A stretch of 64,000 nucleotides of DNA from Octopus vulgaris (GCA_951406725.2 OX597825.1:72230001-72294000), one strand, 5' to 3'. Numbered from the stretch's first letter, positions 12,402 through 26,871 are shown. Made by a program: numbers and translations. The notes: generated by a model from the letters alone, not told the origin.

Positions 12402-13399
12402 AACAGAAACGCAGTAGAGAACAATAAAACATTCGGACAGATAGACGATATAAAGGCAGACAGAGGAAACAACAATTAAGACAAGAAAAAAAGATCGGTC
12501 AATCGTGGCGTTCTTTCATCAGTCAAGTTTACCAGAAGTCCTTACTGTTTCAGGCAGTTACAGTTGAGGCACAAAAAAAAGTATACGCTAAGAGATTTGC
12601 TCTTTTTGTAAGAAAGCTAGCGAATGTGTACGGCATGAAAGCCTAAAAACGCAATCACAAATACAAACAACAAGGAAATAACAACAAGTGTGTTTCGACT
12701 GAGAACGAATCAAATTGAGCTGGCGTGTATGGAGTGAAGGCCTAAAGGCAGACACATAGGAGATGAACTTAAGAGGTGTTGGCGGTTGGCAGTCAGGCTA
12801 AAGAAGAAAGAAAGATCATGGCTGACCGGACACCGGTCACGTGGAAGGAGGACAGAGTCGGAAAGGAGAAAAGGAAATGTCCAAAGACGGAAAAAAATAG
12901 CCAACTGCAAGTATGTATGAGCGCGCACACACACACTTACAGACACACATACACATATAACACGAAGGAACAGGAATAATAAAACCCGGGTTAATACTAT
13001 TTTGAGCATTCTGCAGTAACACAATTAGATTAACTAGAACGACGAGAGATAATTGTTATAATTGTTATGATAATTGAATGATAATTATTATAACACTGTA
13101 CAACAAATTTCAGGGTCAAGAGATAAACATAGTTCTCATGTACATTTTATTATGAGGTTGATTATGCTGAATTCGAATTTTATAAGAAAAATTTCTCATC
13201 GTCACATTTCCTTGAAAATTACCGGCGCAATAACGATGTAATTTACACCAATTTCCACGATAACAGAAATTATTTTGCTCCCAAATTCAGATAAGATATG
13301 TCCATTGTAATTAATTCATGAATATATAATGAATCGGTATGTTTGTTAGCAATATATAATGTATTAACCTACATTTTAGTATTTACTTCGTTGATGAGA

Positions 13400-14540
13400 C
13401 ATCTCAGGTGTGTCGCGTTTCAGGTTCCAGCAGAAGTCAGCCAGCATAGCTGGGCTCCATTTTCCCTTATACCTATTTCTTTATTACCCACAAGGGGTTA
13501 AATACAGAGGGGACAAACAAGGACAGACATAGGTATTAAGTCGATTACATCGACCCCAGTGCGTAACTTGGTACTTATTTTATCGACCCCGAAAGGGTGA
13601 AAGGCAAAGTCGACCTCGGCGTTATTTGAACTCACAACGTAACGGCAGACGAAATACCGCTAAGCATTTCGCCCGGCGTGCTAACGTTTTTGCCAGCTCG
13701 CCGCCTTATACCTGTTTTTTTCCCTTATACCTGTTTTCCATTGACACTATATGTTAATGGAACCTCTCTCCATGTTCTTCACTCACATCTGCATTCTCTG
13801 GGAAGAAAGATAGATGAGAATGAAGAAAGTGTATCTTCAATGACATATTGCCTCTGAGATCTTGGTAGCACTTGATTAGGCCCTCCACTATACTCGCTCG
13901 TTGGATCACTTGGTGCTTTCCAAGAAGTCATTTGCAGACATCTTTGAATCCATGTCATGCCGCTAGCTCACTTTCATCGATTGTCGTCTCGAAATCCTCA
14001 TCAGCTATAAGTTGATGAATCTGAGTGCCTACGAATATGCCCTCTTCAATCTTGGCATCACTTATTTTAGGGAAAATCGCCTTTAGGTACTGGAAACATG
14101 GCTCGTTATGTTGCAGCGCTTTGGTAAATTGCTTCATTATATGCAGTGGTGGAAAAATGATTTTCTCATTCTTAACTAGAGGCTCAGGATTTACATTATG
14201 GCATCTAGGCGTCATAGTTTCCCGAGGTGGCCATTTTGAGCGTACATAATGTTGTGATCTGACCCCACTTCCCCACTTAAAAAGGAAGCACTTAAACGTG
14301 ATGTACCCAGTTTGTAGGGCTAGTACTTTCAAGTCCACTCAAGTTAGCCGCTCATGTTCCTTGTAACTTATGCAGCCTAGAATAAAAGCGAGGTTCTCAT
14401 GTCTCTCTTAAAATGACTGAGTGAGCAATTGGAACTAAAGGCATGGTGTTCCCAATGTACAACAGAACCGCTTTTATGCTGTAAAGGGATGTATCTATGA
14501 ATAACTACATTCATTTGGTTCATATTTCAGCTCAACGGTA
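13400..14540 (-). pseudogene. DNA-transposon transposase fragment (tentatively Sola3-like), interrupted by a SINE
   Basis: DLKV..GY..CFL..W, PPLHI, FPKISDAKIEEGIFVGTQI, NMSLKIHFLHSH, GERFH and WSPAMLADFCW motifs. A group A SINE lies at 13470-13707. Confidence 0.7.
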
Positions 14541-15085
14541 TTGAATAGTAAATGACAAAAACAAGAATGAAGAATTATTGATCTTAAATTTATAGTTTAT
14601 GGGCCATCATTTTCTTACACGCGTTTCAGATGTGCGAGTGTTATGTAAATCAATGATGCATAAATTATGCACATTAACCGATTCCTACTTAATCAACTAT
14701 AGTATTAGAAAGATCTAGAAAATCAACACCAGAACATTCTCCTCAGTGCTAGCACATTGCGAAGAATGTAGGACAGGAGGCCATCAAGATATAATAGTAA
14801 CCAGTGCATTGTTGTTCGAAGCCACTAATGGGTGAAGTGACGTATGTGCCTTAAGGAAAATAAATAGAGCTGAAGTAGTATTGAAATATATGTTAGGACT
14901 TCCTAATCTGGTTAAACATTTAGCTAAGGCTAATGAATTCCAATTATTACCAAAATATATTACATATTATAACTTACTGACCACTAAGGCTTTATTTTGA
15001 AAGATGGTATAGACAATCTGAAATAAAAGGAAAATTAAATTGAGATAAATTAAATTAGTCTTGATGGCTAAATTAGTCTTTCATA

Positions 15086-15420
15086 AAGACGCATGGCTCA
15101 ATGGTTAGAGCGTTGGACTCACAATCATGAGGTAGCGAGTTCGATTCTCGGACCGAATTGAGTATTATGTTCTTGAGCAAGACACTTTATTTCACGTTGC
15201 TCCAGTTCACTCAGCTGTAGAAATGACTTGCGACGTCACTGGTGCCAAGCTGTATCGGTCTTTGCCTTTCCCTTGGATAACATCGGTGGCATGGAGAAGG
15301 GAAGCTGGTATTCATGGGCGACTGTTTGTCATCCACTAACAAACATACCCGAACATGTGCCTCGGAGGGGAACTTTCCAGGTGCAATCCCATGGTCATTC
15401 ATGATCGAAGGTTTTTTTTT
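15086..15420 (+). mobile_element. tRNA-derived SINE with TTGAGCAAGACACTT core and alternative 3' tail
   Basis: A/B boxes; core shared with 21761 and 42675; tail matches 39065-39205 (-). Confidence 0.8.
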
Positions 15421-15884
15421 TATCATGATATCTTGAAGAGACTTTTTTCATGATATCAATTCTAAAAGTAAAGATTTTTCCTTAAAAATCACACGGTGCT
15501 CGTGTTTCATTTCAACAATTAACAGCAATCATATGTGTGTGTGTGTGTGTATGTGTGTGTGTGTGTGTGTTCGGGTGTGTGTCTATAAGTATACATACAT
15601 ACATGTATGGTAGACCCTCCGGTCTGAGAAAGAAGGTTCTGCAATTCCGTGGTAAACAGTCTGCACAGATGATTCGGTTATAATGATCAAATGTTTGTGC
15701 TGTTCATCGGCTCCCTCCCTCCATCAAATCGACATAAAGGTGCACGGTGTATCACACGTCAGATGTCGATGTGATCACAGAGCAACGTACGTGAGATGAA
15801 GTGTTATGCTCAAGAACACAACCCCACGTGTGGTCCGAGAATTGAACCCACAATGCAGCGATCGGGTCTGCAACACCTTATATA

Positions 15885-16310
15885 TATATGTGTGCGTGTG
15901 GGTGTATGTGTGTACACGGGTATATATATTCTTTTATATGTCTCAGCCATTTGACTGCGACCGCGCTGGAGAACCGCCTTGAAGGGTTTGAGCAAAGAAA
16001 TCGACCCCGGGACTTATTCTTTGTATGCCTAGTACTTATTGTATTGGTATCTTTTTCCTAACCGCTAAGTTACGAGGACGTAAACACACCAACATCAGCT
16101 GTCAAGCGACAGTGGGGTACAAACACAGACACATATCCATAGAAGTATACACGTATGGGCTTCTTTCATTTTCCATCTACCAAATCCACTCACAAGGCTT
16201 TGGTCGGTCCGAGGCTATAGTAAAAGACACTTGCCCAAGGTGCCACTCAGTGTGACTGAACTCGGAACCATGTGATGTAGAAGCAAGCTTCTTACCATAC
16301 AGCCATGCCT

Positions 16311-16315
<5 letters not shown>
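15885..16315 (-). mobile_element. SINE group B copy
   Basis: Reverse complement of the 10198 family. Confidence 0.8.
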
Positions 16316-16371
<56 letters not shown>

Positions 16372-16406
16372 CATACATACATATAGGAAATATATATATA
16401 CATATA

Positions 16407-16527
<121 letters not shown>

Positions 16528-16841
16528 GATTACTGTTAATTGCTGTCCAGTGGTTAGTATTACATTTTAGTGTCCAACATATTAGATAATGTAGCACGCA
16601 TTAGACACAGGACGTGATAGTTACGGCTTTAACGCCTTTTAACATGGAAATCTGTTGATTTAGAACTGATCTGGAGCTAAAAATCGTTAATTATGTGTGT
16701 TATCAGATAATTTATCCCAAGTCAGGCGCGAGATAATGAGGGAAGGGGGACAATCCAAGCAACGATCAAAACATAAAGACAGTGAATTAATACAAAATCA
16801 ATGAGAGACTACGTACCGGAAAGTAAATGAAGACAAGATAA

Positions 16842-16877
16842 TATCGACTTTTCTGGTAGCGATACTTCATCAGGACA
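16842..16877 (-). ncRNA. degenerate minimal hammerhead motif
   Basis: TGTC-CTGATGA-A-GTA TCGC TAC-CA-GAAA-AG-TC-GATA. Confidence 0.55.
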
Positions 16878-17281
16878 AAAGGAGAAGGAGAGAAAATATA
16901 CGAGATTGTATGATTAAGGCAGTAAGCTGGCAGAATCATTAGCACGCGGGACAAAATGTTTGGCGACATTTCGTCTTTCATTACGTTCTGAGTTCAATTT
17001 CCACCGAGGTCGACTTTGGCTTTCATCTTTTCGGGGTCGGTAAAAATACGTACCTGTCTCCTCCCTCCGCTCTCCACCGAAATTGCAGGCTTTGCGCCAA
17101 AATTTGAAGCAAGCCGATATATGGATTAGTATCAGAACTGAAGTAAAACATGCTTGTATGGAAGCAGGAAGTAAAAAGCGGGAAATAAAAATATGAATGT
17201 TTGGTAACGACAGCACGATCACAAATACAAGCTGTGGAAATGAGCGTCTTTCGAAAAAAAGTTTATGTACACACATACACA

Positions 17282-17378
<97 letters not shown>

Positions 17379-17386
17379 TTATATAC

Positions 17387-17467
<81 letters not shown>

Positions 17468-17686
17468 CATATGTATACATATATATCAGCACGGATTTTC
17501 GTCAGAGAACAGGTCACGGTCTTAAAGCGACGAAAATATTTTGACGAATTAAACTTAAATGTTGAAGTGAATCGAACGGCTTTTGTGTGTTTCTTAAATG
17601 GCTTACAAACACCTTCCACGCTGCAATAGTTTTCGTTTCAGCACACGATCTCAGATCAAATCACTTGCTATGCAAGAACATCTCCG

Positions 17687-17751
<65 letters not shown>

Positions 17752-17828
17752 TATATACATTATATATATATACACACACATATATATATATATATATACA
17801 TACATATATATACGTATATATATATACG

Positions 17829-17862
<34 letters not shown>

Positions 17863-17869
17863 TATTTAT

Positions 17870-17949
<80 letters not shown>

Positions 17950-18051
17950 ATAGAAATGGTAAGACAACAAAAGAATGTAAGAGACCTCGATATTTTGTAT
18001 TTACAAGAATTTATCTGTAAATGTAATATGTGACAATTATTCGGTAGCGAC

Positions 18052-18112
18052 GACAAAACTCCGAGTTTCGGATGTCGGAGTGGAAATCCACGTCGCCATC
18101 TCTTCAGTTATC
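18052..18112 (-). ncRNA. minimal type-I hammerhead ribozyme in PLE terminal remnant (17947-18170)
   Basis: GATAA-CTGAAGA-GATGGCGACGTGGA TT TCCACTCCGACATC-C-GAAA-CTCGGAG-TT-TTGTC; canonical core. A short inverted arm lies at 18141-18168. Confidence 0.8.
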
Positions 18113-18168
18113 CGGCCATCGGAAAAAATGCTATCATGGGTACCGAATAATTGTCACATATTACATTT

Positions 18169-18257
<89 letters not shown>

Positions 18258-18486
18258 AATTAGAAAAAAAAACACCTTTTATCTATTCAAAATGAAAAAT
18301 TGAATTACACCATCTAGAAAATTACATACTATAGAAATATTAAATATAAGATAAATAATATAACGATGATTAAGTAATGTGCAAAATAATAATTTCTAAT
18401 TTATATATATATATTATATTTTGTGAAATTTGATTCAGTATTTCTAAATTGAATTTTTCCCTGTAAGTTTAGAATAATATTCCCTC

Positions 18487-18595
<109 letters not shown>

Positions 18596-19487
18596 CTGCA
18601 AAGCGAGCTTCTTAATCACACACCTAAACTTATAAAAGTGTTGGAACTGAGGGTTGTTATGCTAAAGACGATCAACATCAACAAATACGAGGATACATTA
18701 GATCTGCAAGCAACCGATTAAAGTACACGCGGCAGATTGATTTAATAGAAGTCAACATTATCTTCTGGAGATTATTTCCGTGGAAAATATCTGAAACGTG
18801 ATATTATCATAGAATTTATGCATGACGAGTTTGCACTCCGTCTTAAATCATATAACATAAGAAAGTAATTAGTATATTTTATGTATAAAACATGAAATGC
18901 CAATTTAAGTATTAAAACAGCGTAAGTCAATACACAGACACACGCACGTACACGCCTGCATCTCTACGAAGTATTATACAAACGTACATCATCGGTCTTT
19001 TATCTTCTATTTATCTCTGTCATCAGACTGCTGCCATGTTTGGACACGAAACGCATACATACGAGCGTTCACTCTTTTCCTACCGTTCTGGTCTATCGAC
19101 CCTCCAATTTTGTTTTCATTCGGTTTCCTTGTATGCCTCAACTGTCATTTTGGTGTTCCCGACTTCGACTCTCCATAAATCCTACATTTTATTATAGAAT
19201 TTATAATAAGACGCATATTGTCATTGAATGCTCGAAATGGGGAGTAGATAGACAGCCGACAACTGATGAAGGGTCCTTTCTCTATGTTTACTGGTCCTGT
19301 TTTCCATTTTTTCTCTTTGTTTACAGATTTCATGTTATTTGCAGTCAGTGATGTCCTGTACCCATATATGCATGCATACATGCATGTATGTATGTATAAC
19401 ACCAGTTGTCATGGGGTGATGGAAGACAAATACTCAATTAAAACACACACATATACACATATATTATTTATTATTCATTTATTATAC

Positions 19488-19534
<47 letters not shown>

Positions 19535-19540
19535 TGCGTA

Positions 19541-19948
19541 AACTCTTTACCCTTTTACTTGTTTCAGTCATTTGACTGCGGCCATGTGGGAGCACCGCCT
19601 TTTAGTCGAGCAATTCGACCCCGGGACTTATTATTTGTAAGCCCAGTACTTATTCTATCAGTCTCTTTTGCCGAACCGCTAGCTGACGGGGACGTAAACA
19701 CACCAGCATCGGTTGTCAAGCAATGCTAGGGGGACAAACACAGACACACAAACACATACACACACATATATATATACATATATACGACAGGCTTCTTTCA
19801 GTTTCCGTCTACCAAATCCACTCACAAGGCATTGGTCGGCCCGGGGCTATAGCAGAAGACACTTGCCCAAGATGCCACGCAGTGGGACTGAACCCGGAAC
19901 CATGTGGCTGGTTAGCAAGCTACTTACCACACAGCCACTCCTGCGCCT
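19541..19948 (-). mobile_element. SINE group B, full length
   Basis: Reverse complement of the 46066 copy. Confidence 0.9.
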
Positions 19949-20070
19949 ATATATATATATATATAATCAATTAAAAAACACAGAGAAAAAGAAAAATACA
20001 AGCGAACGAACTTGTGGACGTAGCACAAGCAGTGTATTAATGAGACGCTCAGAGAAAGAAAAGAGTAATA

Positions 20071-20105
20071 ATTTAACGTTTCCAGCAAAGCTCTTCTTCA
20101 GAAAC
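20071..20105 (-). ncRNA. minimal hammerhead motif
   Basis: GTTT-CTGAAGA-A-GAGC TTT GCTG-GAAA-CG-TT-AAAT; one stem II mismatch. Adjacent to (TA)n via the PLE-type terminus 19966-20070. Confidence 0.65.
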
Positions 20106-21189
20106 AGGAAAAAAACCCAGGAAAGTCATATATTCACTCAGGCTCACAAACACATAGTAAATTGGGGATCCACAATAGTATTTTAAGGGCCCCTGAAAAA
20201 ATTTGCTTTAGATGTATGCATTGGTGTATGTTGCAAGAAACATCGAGGGTTCTTTCTCTAACATTTCACATAGTTCAACCTACAGAAGCTAATGTGTGAA
20301 AAACAAAATAGGAACTTTGAAAGAAGTTTCTGTGAAACCAGTTTTTAAACATCGAAAGGCTTATAGGGGTCAACCAAAATAAAATTATAACCAAAGGGAT
20401 CCACGGATAAAACAATGGTTGGGAATCCCTGTATTAGAAGGTGCATATATAATCGAAAAATTTGTTCAATGCTTTCTCCGTACTTTTTGTTGAGTTGTCA
20501 TTCATTATATGTCATATAATTCACGTATCAATGTTTTTCTTATCAAATAATGATTCTGTTTCACATAATTTTCTCCAAAAGTGTGCAAAATTGTCCCATT
20601 TTTCACTGAAGTTTGCAAAGAGTGCTGCCACTAAAGTGCTGCCATTAGAGAAGGTGTCATAATATCCCAGATGAGGGGCCTACAGCCACTGAACGGGAAA
20701 AATTGTTACACCGACCGGCCTTCTACCATCACCGCGGTCTAGCCCCGCTGGCTCGAGCTGAGAAGGGAAGCATGCGGCGTCTAGGCCATGCTGGTAGTTT
20801 TCCAAGTGACAAGTTTGCTAATTGTGAGATCTGATTGAATATCTATGTCGTCGTAGATAAATGCTGTTGTTGTCTACTTTGGGGTCTCAATGTTGGTTCT
20901 GATTCTATAGTATTAGTGATTCCACAATTTTACATAACTGGTGTAACGCTTGATTAACCTTCGCTTGTTGAGTTCGGCTTAATCTCTCGTTGATCTCTTT
21001 CTACTGTTCTAATTAGGAATGTGAGTTTAGAAGAGTTCTCTTACTACCCCCATGATTTCTTTGCTCATTGTATTAATTTCTGTCGGACTTTAATAACATT
21101 TCCGTCTTTTGAGAACCAAGGAATTGAGAAACCCTTTTAAATATTCTAAGTATATTATCAAATTCGTCTCTTTATATATATATATTTAT

Positions 21190-21742
21190 GTCAGGTCACT
21201 TTCGAGTGCTACTGGTAACATGTAACCCAGTACAACCTGTTGCATGGTTGGGTTGTCGGCGACTAAACCGGCAACCCCACCAAGCTTGCTTGGTGAGGAG
21301 GGTGTTTATTGGACACCCTGCGGGATGAAAAACAAAACCCGTCAAAGGACGGAGGAACTCTTGAGAGTCAACGGCCATCCAATAAATGTCTTAAGGCTGT
21401 ATCATGCGCGGGGACATAGAAATAATCGGACTGAATACCCGATCGCGCGGTTAAACCATTGGGAGTGAAGGACTCCTAGCCTTTTGTTAGGGCATCCTTC
21501 TAGGAGAAGGTAACTCAGGTAACTGGGATAACTCCGACATAAAACCTGCGGCTCAGTGGTTACCGATGATGTTGATTTGTTCTTCTTTTCGGATTATGGC
21601 TGCTGTGGCTTAGTGGGTGGGATCGACTCAGTGCACAGCCTTTCCTCACTTTAAAAAAAAATCTTGCACAGGCATTGCATGATAACAACATTGATTAAAT
21701 TCGTGCAATGGCCATACTCGATAACGAGGGGGCAGCCACCAT
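21190..21742 (+). mobile_element. probable RTE-LINE 5'UTR-derived non-autonomous element
   Basis: GC-richer insert between (TA)n tracts with GGCATCCTTCTAGGAGAAGGTAACTC...AAACC, resembling RTE 5' UTR motifs; no ORF. Confidence 0.45.
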
Positions 21743-21760
21743 ATATATATATATATATAG

Positions 21761-22079
21761 GGAGGGCGTGTGGCTTAGTGGTTAGGGCATTCGGCTCATG
21801 ATCGTAAGGTTGTGAGTTCGATTCCCGGCGACGCGTTGTGTCCTTGAGCAAGACACTTTATTTCACGTTGCTCCAGTCCACTCAGCTGGCAAAAATGAGT
21901 TGTACTTGTATTTCAAAGGGTCAGCCTTGTCACTCTCTGTGTCACGCTGATTATCCCCGAGAACTACGTTAAGGGTACACGTGTCTGTGGAATGCTCAGC
22001 CATTTGCACGTTAATTTCACGAGCAAGCTGTTCCGTTGATCGTATCAGCTGGGACCCTCGTCGTCGTAACCGGCGGAGT

Positions 22080-22082
<3 letters not shown>
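21761..22082 (+). mobile_element. tRNA-derived SINE; different head, same 3' half as the 2281 family
   Basis: A/B boxes, TCCTTGAGCAAGACACTT core; 21905-22080 is the reverse complement of 2290-2465. Confidence 0.88.
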
Positions 22083-22143
<61 letters not shown>

Positions 22144-22464
22144 GTATGTATGTATGCATGTATGTATGTATATATGTATGTATATATGTGTGTTTGTTTG
22201 TGTGGGGGTGCATGTATGTGTGTGTGTGTAGGTATATGTATGTATATAAACATATGCATGCGTGTGTGCACGAATAGCTGCACATACATACATACATACA
22301 TACATACATACACATACATAGATACATACATACATACATACATACATACATACATACATACATACATACATACATACATACATACATACATACATCTTAA
22401 ATGAAAGTATTTATTTGTGTTAATTGCTTGAAGAACAATGAATATGTTGCGACTTATAACAGTA

Positions 22465-22839
22465 CTAGCAGTATCGCCCGGCGTTGCTCGGGTTTGTAAG
22501 GGAAATAACTATAAAGCCTTTTTATAGAGTTATAGCAAAAAAATGGGGAAAAAAATGATGGTAAAGTTTTTTTTGATAGTTAAAAAGGTCGAGTTGCGTC
22601 CCCTAGACCATCTGTGGTTTGTGTTTCTGATAGTCGACCCCATGTCGAATTTATCGATCTTTTTCAGAACTGGGGTAACTTTTCAAAATTTTCGCTGCGT
22701 TAGTTTTGAATTATGACATTGGGCTATGTGTGTGTCAAGTTTCATCAGAATCGGTTGAAAGCCGTGGTCAGAGTGAGGGTACAACCAAACAGACACACAG
22801 AAACACACACAGACAAACTGCCGTTTATATAGAGAGAGA
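22465..22839 (-). mobile_element. non-autonomous Helitron
   Basis: A|TC...hairpin...CTAG|T; copy of 5638-6021. Confidence 0.82.
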
Positions 22840-23225
22840 TGACTAAACAGAATATGTAAAGAAAAGTGTAACGTTACCGGCAGTATTTAAATGGTGAATG
22901 TTTTATTCTAAAGTGGTTAGCTTAGAATCTAATGAGGTCAAAACCAGTCTGTGCAGGAAAGAACAGGTGTTGTAACAACAATAATAAATATAACAACAAC
23001 AGCACCGGCAGCAGCGGAATTAAAATCCACCTGGACGACAACAGTTGGAGGAACGATTATTGCAGAAAGACTAACGATAAAATAAGGAATGCGTTTTCAG
23101 ATTCTCTGTATTGTTGCAGTTATCCATGAGTTTCTTTGTTAAAGGAATATATTTTGTTGTTTAACAGATCTTAGTTAAAACGTGCACGTTGCTTTAAGTC
23201 CACTTCTATAAATGAACAAAGCGAG

Positions 23226-23640
23226 ACTCCCTTTACTCTCTTTCATTTGTTTCAGGCATTTGAGTGTGGCCATGCTGGAGCACCACCTTTTAGTCGAGCA
23301 AATCGACCCCAGGACTTATTCTTTGTAAGCCTAGTACTTAATTCTATCGGTCTCTTTTGCCGAACCGATAAGTTACGGGGACGTAAACACACCAGCATCG
23401 GTTGTCAAGCGATGTTGGGGAGACAAACACAGACACACAAACATATAGACACACATACGCATATAAAAATACATATAATCGACGGGCTTCTTTCAGTTTC
23501 CGTCTACCAAATCCACTCACAAGTCTTTGGTCGGACCGAGGCTAATACAGAAGACACCTGCCCAAGGTGCCACGCAGTGCGAGTGAACCCGGAACCATGT
23601 GGTTGGTAAGCAAGCTTCTTACCACACAGCCACTCCTATT
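23226..23640 (-). mobile_element. SINE group B, full length
   Basis: Reverse complement of the 10198/46066 family. Confidence 0.88.
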
Positions 23641-24511
23641 GTTCGTATTTTTATGTAAATGTTGATCCATATAATATCTGACATTTTCTCACTGTGACAT
23701 CCTTCACATAACATTACTAAATTAACATCACAAGGGCTAGGGTTTTGACTTCGAAATATTAAAATATTTCGAACCTGATTAGATGCTGGCCATGTGTTAG
23801 GTTCCAGCAGAACTCATACTTTACTATTTGCATCTCTGAGACTATATTCTGCTGCTATATTCATTTCCTAATTTGTATCAATAAATAGATAACACAAAAC
23901 AAGACAATAAGTCGATTTCATTGGCGGACATACATTTACAAACAGAACTAAGGCATCAGATTAACTGACAACTTGCATGTCCTTTCTGCCTTTGTTTCGC
24001 TACTAAAACAGCTTCTACTTCAATGAATTTGGTGTACTATCACCCAATGCAGGCACTGTCTCAGTTTCTAATGGCACACTGAGCAATTAGATAAATACTT
24101 AATAATCATTTCTACTGGAAGCACAAGGCCTCAAATTCGGGGGAAGGAATTAAGTCGATTAATCGACCTCAGTGCGTAACTGGTACGAATTTTATCGACC
24201 CCGATGTATATATTTGAGTGTCTGTGCTTGTCCCACACCAACATCGAGTTTCTAGTAGCCGGATACATGTCTACGTAACCAATCTAAGTCCAGTCTACAG
24301 GTCACAAATTTGTGATCACTGTGGCCGACATAGTGAACTTGTGGACGACTAACTAGGTTTTTATCTATTTTTATCAATTTTATCTATTTTTCTAATTAGA
24401 ATCCTGTCTAAATAAGATCTAGATGACCCGTCTCTATCAGTCCATGTACACAATGGAGCGTCTGGGTCATCTAGTCAGTAACCTTGTGCCAGCTGAAACC
24501 GACTGAGCAGA

Positions 24512-25524
24512 TTATTGAAGCACGGTTTTCATTTTCAGATGTTTCTTCACTTGGATCTTCTGTTTTCTTTTGGATTTGCTTTTTGTGTAACGACAGGTGG
24601 AGGAATCGCTGCTTTTTCGGGAGGGAGACTGACACTCAGCCCTAATTTGGTTTTTTTTGGCCACATTGTAGCAGCGAGGCTTCCTCCCCTCTACTATAAC
24701 TCTCAGATTAGTTTCCACCACCTGTATAGAATCTATAATGTTTTCTATATCAGTAGGGGCAGCTTGTATAATCATCCCTAGTCCTCCCCCCAGCCAATTT
24801 TGCAATTCCAGTGCTGAGGCTTGGGTGATTGTAATTTTATCCTCCAAGCCGTATAATACGGCTGCCACCAGCCAAGCGGGGTCTACTTCGGGTGGGATGT
24901 CTCCTACCTTAATCTTGGAAGTCCGCCTTCTAAGATAAGTAGGTAGGAGTACCACCTCTGCCGTTTTTTATGTATCCGTCAACCTTTGTTTCGCCTCTTT
25001 CTCCGATTTAAACTTGACTTCTATTGTGGCATACCTCACACCACTTGTGATGTATGTCACATCATTCCAAACCGGACGGAGGCACAGCTCTGCCGTCTCC
25101 TAGCGTTGTCCAGTTTTTATGCTTTTACAACGAACGACTTGTAGATAATTGTACACCTTAGTACATTATGAGTGGTTTCACTGGGACGGGTGGTCACAGT
25201 TTCGCTCCTTTATATTGACATTCCTTTATATTTTCCTAATTCGTCTTTTCTTCAGTTTATTGGCATTTTTGAAACAGTGGATGCTTCTGCAAAATTACTT
25301 CCTTTTCTTCCTTGCATGAAATCCTCTGCGGATGGAATGTTTTTTAATCCTGTGATATTTTCTGTATCTTTGGTATTCTTCGATGAACTTGAACTTGTAG
25401 CAGGTTCATTACTAAATTTCAGTTTGATTGGAGATTTATCCTTAATGTTTTGTTTTTTCACAAAATATAACAATATTTTCCCCCTTCGCACAAGGGGATA
25501 AACGTTGACAAAGGACTGCCCCAA
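24512..25524 (-). pseudogene. non-LTR retrotransposon ORF1-like fragment (L1/Tx1 type) with degenerate zinc knuckle
   Basis: LLPTYLRRRTSKIKVGDIPPEV...LRVIVEGRKPRCY...IRAEC; frameshifted. Confidence 0.55.
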
Positions 25525-25779
25525 GCAGAATAATAAATGTTCAACAACTTAACAATCCAACAGTGTAAATTCAGCAAAATATCCACAAATATTACAAACC
25601 TACGCCAATGTTGCGTCGATACCTACTGTTCAGGCGGATGATATAATAAGAGCTAAAATTACATGTTTAAATAGATTATGAAGCTATAGGTAGTAGTGTT
25701 TTAAGATGAATCTAAATGCACAAAGAATAAACAAATTAAAATCTTATAAACCTATTATTTTTGGAAAAAAAAATTTAAA

Positions 25780-26615
25780 GTTGATAAATATTTATGTCTA
25801 CAAAGAATAATATCATCTGAGATCTTATTAAATAAAGTTTTTTGTCAGCACAGAGTATATTGATCGCTTCTTTTGTGCATAATTTACAATTTCTGGTGTG
25901 TGTATTGTATGGTGTGTTTTCCGTTATAATAGACCAATCCAGGCTGAATACTTTATTGCCGTTTTTAATTTATTAATGTGGGTAGCTAGTGCGGTTGTGT
26001 TTATTTTTTTGTTTTGTTTTACTTCTTGATTAATAAATGAATTTGTGTGCACCCTATATCTAGTCTTAAACAGCCGTACTTCCTATGTATATCCTCTTTG
26101 ATTCATTAAGGGCTGAAACCTCAACTTTATATACGACATTTCTCCTTAAACAGAGTCCCTTTAAGAGACATAAATCCCGGTTACGGCAATTATATGTTTT
26201 ATTTCCATGCTTCGCTTTGTATTTTTAATAACAGAATTCTTTTTATTACTCATATTGAGACCAGCTATATTGTCATGTCTATCGATGCCATTATTTCTAA
26301 GTTTTCATCAATTATTGGCCGCAATTATAGATCCCAGATTGGGCGTAATTGAGTACGATAATTTAAGGCAGAACCTATTAAAGATGGCATGATATTTATG
26401 GCTTAATGGAAATTTTCCGTCAATAATCCTAAAAAATAATTTAGGGAGGCTACTGACCTGGAGGGAAAAAAAGAGGGGTAAACCAGATAATTTCCCGTTT
26501 CCTCACCCAGTTCTTTCTACTCTGACCAGTTAGTTATTATTATAATAATTAAATGAATTATAGTATCTTCTATTATGGTGTCGGTTCTGATGCTCGGGTG
26601 GGGTTGGGGTTCTTC
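25780..26615 (-). pseudogene. Penelope-like element C-terminal/GIY-YIG fragment (Nematis/Perere type)
   Basis: IIWFTPLFS..., AIFNRFCLKLSYSITPNLGSII, NCRNRDLCLLKGLCLRRNVVYKVEV...IYIGST, FKTRYRVH..SF, TALATHI and CKLCTKEAINI...LFNK. Abuts (TA)n. Confidence 0.8.
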
Positions 26616-26833
26616 ATATATATATATATATATGAATGCACCTATGTATGGTGTAGAGTATTCCGATGCTTTGAAATATATTGCGTGAATGTGAACACTA
26701 ACCTTTGAAATTTGTTCTCTTTTTCTCGGTTATATATAAATATAGGGAGAATTCACGAAAAAACAAAAGACGAAGACAGGTGGTGTACAAAACAAACAGA
26801 TGTATTAGTATAACGCTCAGGAATAGAAAGAGT

Positions 26834-26869
26834 CTTTTACGTTTCGAGCCTACGCTCCTCTACAGAAAG
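26834..26869 (-). ncRNA. minimal hammerhead variant (A6U core)
   Basis: CTTT-CTGTAGA-G-GAGC GTAG GCTC-GAAA-CG-TA-AAAG in the insert 26742-26875 next to (TA)n. Homolog at 55624-55659. Confidence 0.6.
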
Positions 26870-26871
26870 GG

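Noticed and set aside
17491-17548. Hammerhead-like topology (TTCGTCA/TGACGAA stem, GTC..GAC-GAAA)
   Set aside because: No CUGANGA-like core on the same strand.
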